Positions 1 through 15,236 of a stretch of 64,000 nt of DNA are shown piece after piece. The notes beneath the pieces were generated by a model. The model saw only the letters and a program-made list of their open reading frames with translations, was not told the DNA's origin and did no database searches. This DNA is from the human T2T-CHM13v2.0 reference genome, Homo sapiens: NCBI RefSeq assembly GCF_009914755.1, contig NC_060928.1; one strand, 5' to 3'. The translations under genes and the position numbers were made by a program. The first letter of the stretch is position 1. Each line of letters begins with the position of its first letter.

Positions 1-199
1 TAATAATCAAATAACAACAAAAATAAATATACAAGTGCAACTGTGATGAGTGCTACAAGGAGAGGTAGATGGTTCTATGAGAAATAATTAGAATAGTTGG
101 CCTTGTCAGCAAGGTAAGGGATGGCTTTCTTGAGGAAGGGATTTTTGAACTTTCATCTACAGGATAAGTGGAATTTCATTATGTGAAGAAGGGGTGTTC

Positions 200-780
200 T
201 GTGCCGGAAACACACGAGCAATGAAGAAAAGACACACACACAATCCCTTTAAGGGTAAACAACCTTTATTCCACGTAAATGGCAATGCAGATATAATAAG
301 CAAATGATGTAATAAGCAAATGGATGTAATAAGCAAATTGCAATGGGGAGAGGAGAAAGGAAAAGATATATATATATTTACACTCACCAGACTGTGAAGG
401 ATTCACCACCAGACTGGAAAGCAACAGCCTGGGCTCCAGAGTCAGACACTTGTCCGTGCACAGATGAGGAGAGGTCTCATGAAGCTTCGTTGTGGTCTGG
501 GACCATAGCTCCTTTTGTAATGAGTTGTTTGGCATGAGGCCCAGTCACGAGGCCCCTTCACGACTGGACTCAAGGAACACAAAAAGGTCAACTTGTTTTT
601 GCGATTGTCTGTTGTTTTTCAACAACTAACATATAGGAATAGATTGAAATAGAGATTTCTCCAAAACAGTGCTGGACGAATGCCTCAAGGGGCTCACACA
701 ACCTGTTCCAGGACTTGGTGACCATTGTTTGTGTCTATGTTCAATTGAGTTCAAATTTAGTATTTAACTTTTCCTCCACA
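200..780 (-). mobile_element. Solo LTR (resembles LTR32; subfamily unverified) inserted in an L2 remnant
   Basis: Minus strand TGTGGAGGAAAAGTTAAA...CA termini, minus-strand AATAAA near 265-270, internal taataagcaaatg repeats; flanks look L2-like. Confidence 0.65.
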
Positions 781-1644
781 AGGCTCTGGATGGAGGTGGG
801 GAAGGGTTCTCTAGAAAAGAGTCTAAATAAATGGGCTAATCAAAGTGCTGAGAGGCCAGTACTCAGGAATGGAGAGCACTGATATGGAGGCTGCTGCAAA
901 CTGAAACTAGGGGGGAAAATGTAGGAGAAAAATGTACAGGTGTCTATAGGAGTTTTGTCTTTGATCTCAAAGCTTTAAAGGGTTTTTTTTTGCTGAGGAT
1001 AACATGATCAGATTTGGCACTGAGAAGATCCCTCTGGTTGCATTGTGTAGAATGGATTACAGGATGCAGATAGACTACTCAGTAAATTATTTCTGTAGTC
1101 CAAGTGATAGAGGATGGCAGCTTGTAGGAGGATGGTGGTGATGGTGGAGGAGATGGAGTTTCTGAGAAACTCTAAGGGAGTGTAACATAAGCATGTTAGG
1201 TCTATGACTGTGGAGTTGGCAGACAGCCCCAAAAGCCACATTTTTCATTCAAACAAGAATTTGCTTTGAATGAAAAAGGAAGGCAATGGCATTGTAAGAA
1301 ACACGAACAATCAAGGAAGCTTACCATATCCTTTCTTATTCATGTTACTTCCCAGTATTGGCCAACCACCTATGCTAAAAATGACATAGAAGGAGAGGGA
1401 AATATGGAAGAACTCATAGTTCTTTTTCTTTCAACCCTTCCTTCTTTTTCAGTAAGTTAAAAGTAGAGTATTCATAAAATGTGCACCTATCAAGAAGTGA
1501 AAAAAAGAGTTAATTTTGTGCAGCATTTCCTCTCTTCTTTTGGGAACAAAATGCATATGCATGTATGAACGAGGTATGAATTGTGTAATTTTGGTAATTC
1601 CACATATGAGTTAAGTGCTCTTATATTTGCATTTATTTGTTTGT

Positions 1645-1851
1645 TTATTTATTTATTTAATTTTTAGAGACAGGGTCTTGCTCTGCTGCCCATGCTGGAG
1701 TGCAGTGATGTGATCATGGCTCACTATAGCTTCAACTACCTGTGCTCAAAGGGTCTTCCCACCTCAGCCTCCCAAGTAGCTGGAACCACAGGCATGTGCC
1801 ACATGCTAGCTTTGTTTTGTTTTGTTTTGTTTTGTTTTTGTAGAGACCCAG

Positions 1852-1883
<32 letters not shown>

Positions 1884-2003
1884 GTAGAGAGGGGGCTCTC
1901 ATTCTGTTGCCCCCGCTGGTCTTGAACTCCCGGGCTCAAGCAATCCTCCCACTTCAGCCTCCCAAAGTGCACAGATTACAGGCATGAGCCACCACACTTG
2001 GCC
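1645..2003 (-). mobile_element. AluJ with duplicated central linker
   Basis: Alu consensus; gctagcttt...tgtagaga occurs twice. Confidence 0.88.
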
Positions 2004-2465
2004 ATACATATATTTAACTGACATTGCACAATATAATGATGAATAGTAAATTCATGCTAATAAAAAATTTAATTTTTATTTATTTACAATTACACTAAAT
2101 TAAAAGAGACACCGTAACAAGTTGAGAGAGACTATAGAAGAAAAGCAAAAACATATTTTAGTACTTCAGGGGCACTTTTGCCTTTGTCTTTTGAATAAGG
2201 CATTCAGCATTTTCATCTTACATGAAAATGATGTAACAGGCCCTGCACAATACATACCTTCCTAGGTTGTAGTTGGCTATGTATTTGCTCAATTCCCACT
2301 AGGCTGCCACAGCTAAACACATGGTAAGCAGGACGGAAATGGCAAATAAAAACAAATGTGGATTTGGGTAAGGAGAGACTTGATTCAAAATGATTATTAC
2401 AATAGGAGGAGAGGGACTATGGCAATAGGGAGAACACTCGGACCATGCAAACTGCAAGTTTCTCA

Positions 2466-2724
2466 TTGGTCTTTATAAGGAGATTAGCACACAGACATGT
2501 GCATGCACAGAGGAAAGACCATGTGAGGACACCACCGTGAGAAGACAAGTCTTCTAGCCGATAGAAGTCTATCTGCAAGCCAAGGAGAGAGGCCTCAGAA
2601 GAAACCAAATCTGCCGATACCTTGATCTGGAACTTCTAACCTCCAGAACTATAAGAAAATAAATCTGGGTTATTGAAGCCACCCAGTCTGTGGTATTTTG
2701 TTATGACAGCCCTAGCAAATTAAC
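2466..2724 (+). mobile_element. MLT1 (MaLR) LTR fragment
   Basis: gcaagccaaggagagaggcctcagaagaaacc...cctccagaact...ttgttatgacagccctagcaaa. Confidence 0.8.
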
Positions 2725-2845
2725 AGTCTTCTTATTTTTGAGATACTTTGTGTATTCTGTACACAAGCCTTTGTCAGATATATGTATTGCAAATATTTTC
2801 TACTGGACTGACTTGCCTTATCATTTTCTGAAAAGTATCACTTAA

Positions 2846-3192
<347 letters not shown>

Positions 3193-3446
3193 TGGTTTGT
3201 GCTTTTTTGTGGAGTCATTCCCAAGTCACCTCTCTGCCTCATTATATCAACCAGGGATGAATAAGGAGACTAAAAACATGCCGGTTATATCAACAGAAAA
3301 GTTTAATATAAATAATTATTAAGTAGTAAATATGGTGTACTACTAAAAGAGATAAAAGAGGACTCTAAGGGGTATAGAAATAGCAACTGCAGATGGTGGC
3401 CACTACCTCTAAAGCCAATGCAGAGTGCACGAAGAAGAAAATGTTA

Positions 3447-3650
<204 letters not shown>

Positions 3651-4010
3651 TTAGAAGGGGCATTTCCCCACTAAGGCTGAGAGTCAGGCCTCTCAGGAGA
3701 GGTATGACTGCCACAAAAACATTCAGCCTGCTGGTGACATGGAAATTTCTGGAGGATGGGATCCCAGCAGCCTACCCATAGGGCACAGATCTCAGAAGGT
3801 TAACAGGACTCACTGACCACAGCTCTGGTCTCAAGATTTGTACTGCTTAGTTAAAAACACTCCAAGCAGGAGAGGAGAGGGGAGGGGAAAGAGGAGGGAA
3901 CCCAGGACAAAGAAGACTAAAAAGGAGCCCAACAGATAAGAGCAAAAACAGGAAAGTGGGGAGTAATGGAATCTGAGAGTTGGGCATTTAATGCTGCTAA
4001 AAGAATTCTT

Positions 4011-4302
<292 letters not shown>

Positions 4303-4311
4303 TCATCAGTC

Positions 4312-4477
<166 letters not shown>

Positions 4478-5118
4478 TAGCCCACCTTCATTTAATTCTA
4501 TTTAACCTTTTATCTTTCCATATCTGCCTAGATATTGTCTCTTCTGGATGCCTTCTCAAACCTGCCCCCAGCCCCAACACATGGTTAGTGCTCCTTTGGC
4601 TGCCAAACACCCTTGTGTTTACCCTTGTGATAAAATTTAAGCTCCTTGAAGTAAGAGATTATGTTCCATTCTGCATTCTATCACTGGATCACAATATACT
4701 CCTCAGCATGTTGTTAGTATTTCAACATTTGATAATTTTTAAAAATCTGAATAAATCACTCTTTTCTCTGTCCTCTACTCTTTTTACTTGTACTTTTGTC
4801 ATGGAACTTATTAGCTATCACTACTTTTGTAAATTGTTTTCTCTCCCACAAAAACTGTTAGCTTCTACTAATCTTTGGATTCCTTTGATTGACAAGCATT
4901 GTGCATTGCACAAAGTAAGTATTTACTGATTATATGCTGTATTAAATGTCACCAAACTCATAAAAGGTAATTATAATGTTGTAAAACTGATTTTGTGGTT
5001 GGCCTATAAACTGGCTCTGAAGATATTTTTAAAATAATTTTATCAGAAGGCATGCAAGAATCTTGGAGTATTGGTTTATACTCATTTGGCTGCGGGAAAC
5101 AGAAACTCTATCAAGTTA

Positions 5119-5255
5119 CAGATTGAGTATTCATAATTTGAAAATCCCAAATCCTCCAAAATCCAAAATTTTTTGAGCACCAACATGACACTCTAAGGAA
5201 ATGCTCAGCGTAGCATTTTGGATTTCAAACTTTTATACTGGGGATACTCAACATG
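5119..5255. mobile_element. Tigger4/MER46-like non-autonomous DNA transposon
   Basis: Degenerate terminal inverted repeats cagattgagtatt / gatactcaacatg with TA on the left flank. Confidence 0.7.
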
Positions 5256-5788
5256 CAGTTTCAATAGAAAGGAGGGAGCATTTCTTACTATAAGGAGTAG
5301 GAGTACAGCCGAGACTCTGGAATGGGCTGGAATCAGGCCCTTCATCACTGGCAGCAGTACTCTTTGTCACTCCTTTCTGCAAGTCCTCCACTCGCAGTGA
5401 TACTTCATTCAGTCTTTCATCCTTTTCCTCCTTTTCTTCACTGATATCAATGAATGGGATTACAAGGTAGAGGAGGGAAATGCTGTTGGTAAGCATTCTG
5501 TCTGGTTGAAGATGGACCCCTGCAGCTCAAGAATTTACATCTCCTCCATTTAAGAGAGATTGCAAACTGAGACTGGATTATTTTATTTCACTCTCAAATT
5601 GAGAGTGAAGGAACTCTTATTTACCTTTTCAAAAATCAAAATTTTGTTTTTGTCAAGTGCCTACTCCTAGTCCAAGCAACAAGTGTCCAAGCAGGGTCAT
5701 GTAGTGAAAGAATGGCTGTAACTATGAGAACCAGGGAGTAGATGGGGGTAGGGAGGAAGGAAAACTCAATGGAACTAGACAGAAGCAT

Positions 5789-6325
5789 TGTAACCCAGGA
5801 TCTCAGTTTTAAACATATTTTTTAATCACCCATTCTCTTTTTCTCCCTTCCCTCCTCTCTTACCCCTTCATTCCTTCCCTCTCTAGACACTCCCCTCCAG
5901 CAATGCAAGCTTATCTAATTATGTTCCTACTTAAGAAATTCCAGAGGCTAATCTTGAAACAAACCAGGTGCGGAGTCCCAGCTGCAGCATCCTCCCACTC
6001 AGCAGGGGTCACAGTTAGTCCACCACCACTGGGCTGCAGTAAAGATGACACCAAGCAGACCTCCAGAGAGAATTACGCAAGCTAGCCATCTGAACAAAGA
6101 CACACAGACCCCACATCCTGCACCACTCCCCCATGTCTCCTATACCAAATTTCCCTTTAAAAACTCTATGATAAATTTTAAAATTTAAGATGGCACTTGA
6201 GACAGCTAGTTCACTATCTTCCAGGTTTGCTGGCTCTCCAGTTAAACCTGCTTTTCCTTCCACCAACCCTCGCCTCTCATGTCTGGCTTTTCAGCTATGA
6301 GCAGCCAAATCTGTGTCTGGTTACA
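5789..6325 (+). mobile_element. ERV1-type solo LTR
   Basis: Inverted termini tgtaacc...ggttaca; 4-bp flanks gcat / gtat. Confidence 0.7.
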
Positions 6326-6634
6326 GTATCCTAATAAGTTATTCTCTACACCAAGCCACCTGGGTCGAGATTAAAAGGAAGAAACTAAGTCTTCCAGTAA
6401 ACCTATACAACTATAGGGCTGACCCTAAATTTGTTAGTAAGCAATCCAATGTAGGTAGAGCAGGGTCAGGTTTGATGTGTTTTGGCCGACACGAAGGGCT
6501 TAGGTCTCATTCGTTTACATATTAGATACAACAACTGATGGGGCTGAGGCTCCTTATATAGCTTGCTTAGTAGTAGCTTATCTATTGGTTGAGCCCAGCC
6601 AAATTTAAAGGTACTGAGACTGAGAAAAAAACAA

Positions 6635-6920
6635 TTTTTTTTTTTTTGAGATGGAGTGTCAGTCTGTTGCCCAGGCTGGAGTGCAGTGGTGCAATCTTGG
6701 CTCACTGCAACCTCTGCCTCCTGGGTTCAAGCAGTTCTCCCTGCCTCAGCCTCTCGCGTAGCTGGGATTACAGGTGTCCACCACCACACCCAGCTAATTT
6801 TTGTTATTTTGAGTAGCGACCGGGTTTTGCCATGTTGGCCAGACTGGTTTCGAACTCCTGACCTCAGGTGATCCATCAGCCTTGGTTTCTCAAAGTGCTG
6901 GGATTACAGGCATGAGCAGC
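6635..6920 (-). mobile_element. AluS
   Basis: Alu consensus similarity. Confidence 0.9.
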
Positions 6921-6975
6921 AGAACTAAGAAAATATTGAAGCTTACGATTTTCAGTTTATTTCGAGTACTAGCAC

Positions 6976-7372
6976 TGTACTAGTCCATTCTCACACTGCT
7001 ATAAAGACTAACCTGAGACTCGGTATTTATAAAGAAAAGAAGTTTAATTGGCTCATGGTTCTGTGGGCTGTACTGGTGTCTGCTTCTGAGGTGGACTCAG
7101 GAAACTTACAATTATGATGCAAGGTGAAGGGGAAGGAGGCACATCTTCACATGGCAGAGCAGGAGAGACAGAGAGTGAAGGGGGAAGTGCTACACATTTT
7201 CAAACAACCAGATCTCATGAGAACTCACTCACTATTATGAGAACAGCAAGGTAGAAATGTGCCCCCATGATCCAACCACCTCCCACCAGGTCCCTCCCCA
7301 ACACTGGGGATTACAATTCAAATGAGATTTGCGTGGGAACATTGAGCCAAACCATTGAGCCAAACCATATCA
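6976..7372 (-). mobile_element. MaLR LTR (MSTA/THE1-like)
   Basis: Typical gtccattctcacactgctataaag...aagaaaagaagtttaattggctc...caaaccatatca; 5-bp flanks agcac / tgcac. Confidence 0.85.
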
Positions 7373-7939
7373 TGCACATTGCTAAAATAAACGTATCATT
7401 ACCCAAGCTGATTGCTTTGAAAGGCAGCATTTATTTATGTGGCTATGTGCTGAGAAGTATGAAAAAAATTAATTTCATTATATTGTATCACAATTCATAC
7501 CATTTGTCCTATATTTATGATAGGAGAAGATGACATTAAGCATGGTATATACTTAATGTCTCATTTGTTTTACAAACTAAGAAGTGACAAAGGAAATTAA
7601 CCCCCCAAATCACTGAATATTATGAGATCTACTCTGCCTTATTGTCATATGATAACTATTTGCCTAGAATCTATGGATTTTTAAAATATTAAAGCATAAC
7701 TCACTGACCAGAACTGGTCCCATGGTCCAATCTAATCACCATGTGCAAGGCAGTCATGTGCCAATGGTGAAATGCTAGAACAATATGGTAGCCGCAGTAC
7801 CAATGCTTATTCTCTGCCACACACTTTCCCCCACCACGTCCCCACCCTAACACTTTAAGGTTAAAATGCAGACAAAACTTTACCTGAATTTTAAAATAAA
7901 AAGAAATAGTACAGTGTTATCAGAACAGAGTAGATTCTT

Positions 7940-8063
7940 TTTGTAATAAAGACAGGATCTTATTCTGTTGCCCAGGCTGGTCTTGGACAACTAAGATCAA
8001 GTGATCCTCCCAGCTTAGCCTCCTAAAGTGGTGGGATTACAGATGTGAGCCACCGCGCCCAGC
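7940..8063 (-). mobile_element. FLAM / free left Alu monomer
   Basis: Left-arm-only Alu sequence flanked by gtagattctt repeats. Confidence 0.8.
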
Positions 8064-8080
8064 TCAGAAAGTAGATTCTT

Positions 8081-8269
8081 TTTATTTTATTTTATGATTT
8101 TAAGTTCCAGGGTACATGTATGGGATGTGCAGGTTTTTTACATAGGTAAACATGTGCCATGGTGGTTTGCTGCATCTATCAACCCATCATCTAGGTACTA
8201 AGTCCAGCATGCATTAACTATTTTTCCTGGTGCTCTCCCTTCCCCCACTCCCCCTGACAGGCCCCAGTG
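8081..8269 (-). mobile_element. 5'-truncated L1PA 3' end
   Basis: ttttaagttccagggtacatgt...catgtgccatggtggtttgctgca; perfect 15-bp TSD agaaagtagattctt (8066-8080, 8270-8284). Confidence 0.9.
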
Positions 8270-8705
8270 AGAAAGTAGATTCTTAATGTTGAAATTTTAG
8301 GTGTGGGACAAGGGGACTATAAAGATAAACAGAAATGGATGTAGATACAGAGTTTCCTGTACTCTCAGATGAGACGACTGCATAAACAGCTTTACTTAAG
8401 CAGATTCATGGTGCTGGGACTGTTCAAAAAGTGTTGCATGCTATGTAGTGCGAAGTTGAAGGATTCTAGCAGCATTAAAGAAAATGTTAATTTATTTGGT
8501 TCCATCTCATCCTAGTCAATAAGTCAACACATACAAATTGTTCCCCTTTTTGATTGCCTAGAAGTAAGCACTTTTATCTATTCAGTTTTTAGATTCCTAT
8601 GCATTGCTTTCAAATCAATTGCATGAATGGAAAACTCTTCTCATTAATCACATTCCTCTCCACGCCAGCGAAGTCTCCTCAAGTCAGAGCACATCTACAC
8701 ATCGT

Positions 8706-8719
8706 CCACCAGATGGCGG
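8706..8719 (+). promoter_or_regulatory. CTCF core motif
   Basis: CCACCAGATGGCGG matches consensus CCASYAGRKGGCRS; lies in a small CpG-retaining unique patch. Confidence 0.7.
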
Positions 8720-8796
8720 TGGAAGCCCACCGACATTGTAGACTACGTAGGAAGAGCGTCCAGATGGAAAAGCGGGTTGGGGCTTTCTGGTCTGGT

Positions 8797-9319
<523 letters not shown>

Positions 9320-9998
9320 TTAGAGCCTCAGATACGGGGCTTTTTTTAAAAGTCCATTTTTTTTTAAATTGTTAGAAAGATATGGCAATGACAAAGTAAT
9401 ATAAGTGATCTAATTAGATTATATTTTTTCTTGTTTTAAATTCTGGGTAATCTGTCCATTGAAGCTACTTGGCTGGGGAAGCAATTGAAAGTGTCATTCC
9501 TCAGTATGCTTGAAATCTCTCATACCCTTCATGCCCAACTAAGATATATAAGAGAAAATCCTGTTAGTGGCCATCAGCAGCTGCTGGAGAATGCACCTTT
9601 ATATCCAGATTCTGGAATCTTTCAGGCAACCCTGCCTTCTTCCTCTTTGACTTCTATTTCTCATTCAACTCACCAGATTATTGGGATAATCATGTGTGTG
9701 GAGAAGATTCTCAATCTCTTTGAGTTTCAGATTTCTCATCTGCAGAATTAAAGTGTGTACTTTTTTGAGGAAATAATACATGAACATACATAGAACAATG
9801 CCTGGCACAGGCTAAATGCTCCAGAAATGGGAACTATTATTTTTTCCTCAGACTTTTACCTTATTTTGAAAGTAAGCAGGCTGGGCACGGTGGCTCATGC
9901 CTATAATCTCAGCACTTTGGGAGGCCGAGGCAGGTGGATCACCTGAGGTCGGGAGTTCGAGACCAGCCTGACCAACATGCAGAAACCCCATCTCTACT

Positions 9999-11065
9999 TG
10001 TGGGCGGAAAGCCACCCAGGTGCTGAGGCAAGAGACTGAAGGCACAAGCTGTTCCAGTATAATAAAAGAAAATAATTAGAATACAAAAAGTTATACTAAA
10101 AATAAGATATAGACATGATTATATATGAATATTATCAATCTTTAGTTGGTAGTGTTGCTCTTTTAGTATTATAATAATCTCTGTTTTATAATCATAACCT
10201 AGAAAACACCAGGCCATACAGAGTCAGGAGCTGAAGGGACATGGTGAGAAGTAACCAAAGGACAAGAGTGTGAGCCCTCTGTCACGCCCGGATAAGGGCC
10301 GCTTGAGGGTTCCTTGGTCTAGCGGTAAGGTCAGTGCCTGGGAAAGCACCCATTACTTGGCAGACCTTGGTCTAGCGGTAGGGCCAGTGCCTGGGAAGGC
10401 ACCCGTTACTCGGCAGACCTTGGTCTAGCGGTAGCGCCAGTGCCTGGGAAGGCACCCGTTACTTAGCAGACCGGGAAAGCGAGTCTCCCTTTCCCCGGGG
10501 GGAGTTAGAGAACACTGCTCCACCAACTCTTGTGGGAGTCCTGACATTAGCCAGGCCTGCCCGCAGTCATCTGGAGGCTTAAACATCTGTGGTGCTGTGC
10601 TTCAGTGGTCATGCTCCTTGTCCACTTTCATGTTCTGCCTGTACACCTGGCACCTCCTTTTAAGTTCTTAAAAGATAGCAGTAACAAAATTAGTGAAAGT
10701 ACTAAAGTCTTTGATCTTCCTGATAAGTGCACAGAAGAAATGCTGACATATACTGTCCTCCCTCTCTGCTTCAGCTATCACAAAGGGAAAGGCCCCCCGT
10801 CACGTGGACACGTGACTTGCTTGACCTTATTAATCATTTGAGATGACTCAAACTCCTTACCCTGCCCCCTTGCCTTGCATACAATAAATAGCAGTGTGTC
10901 CAGGCATTCAGGGTCACTACCAGGCTTCGCGCATTGGTGGTAGTGGTCCCCTGGGCCCAGCTGTGTTTCCTTCTATTTCTTTGTCTCATGTCTTTATTTT
11001 TCTACAATCTCTCATCTCTGCACACTAAGGAAAAACCCACAGGCCCTGTAGGGCTGGACCCTACA
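9999..11065 (+). mobile_element. Solo LTR, LTR13-like (HERV-K class), inserted inside an AluS
   Basis: Begins TGTGGGCGG, ends GGACCCTACA; 5-bp TSD ctact (9994-9998, 11066-11070); AATAAA at 10883; Alu halves rejoin exactly. Confidence 0.88.
10312..10470 (+). repeat. Three tandem copies of a 53-bp unit within the LTR13-like element
   Basis: ccttggtctagcggta...gtgcctgggaa.gcaccc.ttact..gcaga starts at 10312, 10365 and 10418. Confidence 0.92.
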
Positions 11066-11071
11066 CTACTA

Positions 11072-11206
<135 letters not shown>

Positions 11207-12364
11207 CTACAAAAGCAAAGCTCTGTTTCAAAAAAAAAAAAAGAAGAAAGAAAAAGAAAGTATAGGGCATTAATTATAGTAACTTGTGCACAGTTTCATC
11301 ATTTGTGCCAAATGATCATGTAACAAAATTATGACTATGCCTATTGTGTATTATGTGTGTGTGCACATTAACTATCAAAATGTCCATATTTTGTATCTGC
11401 AACAAACTTATATATTGGCAGCAACTACAGCGCTATTGGCCAATTACAACAACAACATGAAACACAGACACCGAGAGAAGAAACGTTATCTAAACCCAAA
11501 GTGTGAGTGTCTCAGAGCACATATTTTCCAAATGTCAGTTAACAGGGAAAACTAACAGATACCATAACCAGTGACATTCCCTCCCTGCCCTGAATTATGG
11601 TGAAAGTGTATGAATTATATGCCCCATTTTCAGCTATACAATTTAGAGCTCCACTGGAGTTCTGTGGAAGACCAAGTGAGGAGCTTTCAGTTTTGGAAAG
11701 TAGATACTCATATGACATAAATGGTCTAGATTCAGGAAAAAGAACAGCTAGGCCTTGGTGATGGCTTCTGAATGCAGTTTGTACAATTTACAACTCAAGT
11801 GTCATGTGATATCATTTCTGTGGGGATTCTCGTTCAAAAATAATGAGACTAATGTTGATAAACGATCGAGATTTTTATTATGAGTTTCCGTAAAGGTGTA
11901 ACACAGGGGTCTCTCCCAGAAAAATAGAAAGTAAAGCTTCCAACAATACTTCTCTATATCTCTCCTCCCTCCAAAGTTCCCTACTTATGACGGCTGCTAA
12001 AATTCTCCTCCTCTTTCAATCTCCCAATCCTTCCATGTTGTTATCTCACAGTTTTCTTTCTACCCTGTTCACTACCTTCTTCCCACATGGTGTAAAAGTG
12101 AGAAGCTTCTCTTGTACCCCTGCCCACCAACCATACATAGAAGACAGCTAATGGCCTCCCATTTCTCTCTCTCTTCTTGGCAAGAAGCATGTAGCATCCC
12201 CTACAAAGTATATTTTTCTCCTCCTGAATGATTTTTGCATGAGACATTTTCTTACAGAGAAATTCCGGGGACTAACATTCTCTACTTTGTTTTATGTATA
12301 TATAATAAAGTATATAATATACATATAAAACAAAGGTGTATATATAAAGCCAGATATATATATC

Positions 12365-13905
<1,541 letters not shown>

Positions 13906-14362
13906 TTATAACATAGCTAGAAAATAAGGATATTTTTGTTGGGTAAAAGACAAGGATGCTTGCAGCCAAAGGAGACTAGCCTGAGGATCACTTGAGTACC
14001 CCCTAGTTGTCCCAATGTCTGAAGAGGATTAATATCTTAATACATCTTTTAATGAATTGCACTCATTCAGTGTGCCCTGGTGTAGTGGTGCCCTGATGTA
14101 GGTCATCTTTTTATTAATTTGGGGCCTATTATGAGTTTATGTTTTAAAATGTGCTTTATAAATATTAATCCCAACATTGATGTCAGTGAGAAAGCAGTGA
14201 GAATTTTGAAGGTGGTAGTAAGAGTGATGTGAAGATTAAAAAAGCAGAGATTGAAAAATGAAAATTCATAGTAATAAATATACAATAAAGTGGTATGACC
14301 CAGTTGAAATTGGGAACAATTCTGAAAAGCAAAGAGTGACTCATGCCATATGAAAATGCCAT

Positions 14363-14740
14363 TTGCTATGGACTGAATTCTGTACCTCCAAAATCCATAT
14401 GTTGAAGCCCTAACCCCACATGTAACTATATTGAAGAGAGGGCCTTTAAGGAGGTGATTAAGGTTAAATGCAGTCGTAAAGGCAGAGCCTTGTCCAATAG
14501 AACTGGTGCCCTTATACCGAGACACCAGACAACTTTCTCTCTCCCCATCTCTGCCTGCCATGTATGGACCAGTGAGAAGGTGGCCATCTACAAGCCAGGA
14601 GGAGAACCTTTACCAGAACCTGATCATGCTGGCACTCTCATCTCAGACTTCCAGCTTCCAGAATTGTGGGAAAACACATTTCTGTTGTTTAAGCCACCTC
14701 GTTTAAGGTATTTTGTTATGGTGGCCAAAGCAGACTAATT
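14363..14740 (+). mobile_element. MLT1A/MST-like MaLR LTR
   Basis: tgctatggactgaat...ccaaaatccatatgttgaagccctaacccc...cagactaa. Confidence 0.8.
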
Positions 14741-15067
14741 CACCATTTTTATATAACAATAATCAGTAAGAAGAAAAGTAATTGACAAAATGTACACACT
14801 GTTGACCATGTGATGAGAGGATCAGTGTCAACTCTGGGCACCCATTAACCCATTAGGAGATGGTTCAAGTATCTTAAAGGCCTAAGAAAGTAAAGTTATG
14901 GAAAGCAAGAGCGCTAGGCACATTTTAATCTGTACAACATCAACATGAGTGGTAGCAGGTGTGAATATACGCCAGCTGCTAAGAAGTTCCTTTAGGCTCA
15001 TTAAGGAGGGGCATTTCCTTCCTTAAGGGACTTCAAATGTAAATCCAACAAAAAATGCCCTTTGGAA

Positions 15068-15236
15068 CCTTGCTACTCAAAGTGTGGTCCATGGATCAGC
15101 AGCATCAGCATCAGCATCACCTGGGAGCTTGCTAGAAATGCAGATTCTCAGGTCATTCTAACCCTACCCAATAAGCATCTTCATTTTAACGTGATCATCA
15201 AGAGATTCATATGCGCCTTAGTCTGGGTTGCACCAC
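15068..15236. mobile_element. MER5A (hAT-Charlie) fossil; similar copies near 17220-17362 and 56375-56545
   Basis: ctcaaagtgtggtcc...agcagcatcagcatcacctgggagcttgctagaaatgcagattctcagg. Confidence 0.8.

Noticed and set aside
5248-5496. 82-aa minus-strand ORF with a charged segment (ISEEKEEKDERLNEVSLRVEDLQK)
   Set aside because: No recognisable homologue, no poly(A) or TSD, no clear splice context; a BLASTX/Dfam search would be needed to exclude a pseudogene or ERV remnant
10312-10470. Repeat array as a possible CRISPR-like structure
   Set aside because: Contiguous tandem units without unique spacers, inside a primate LTR
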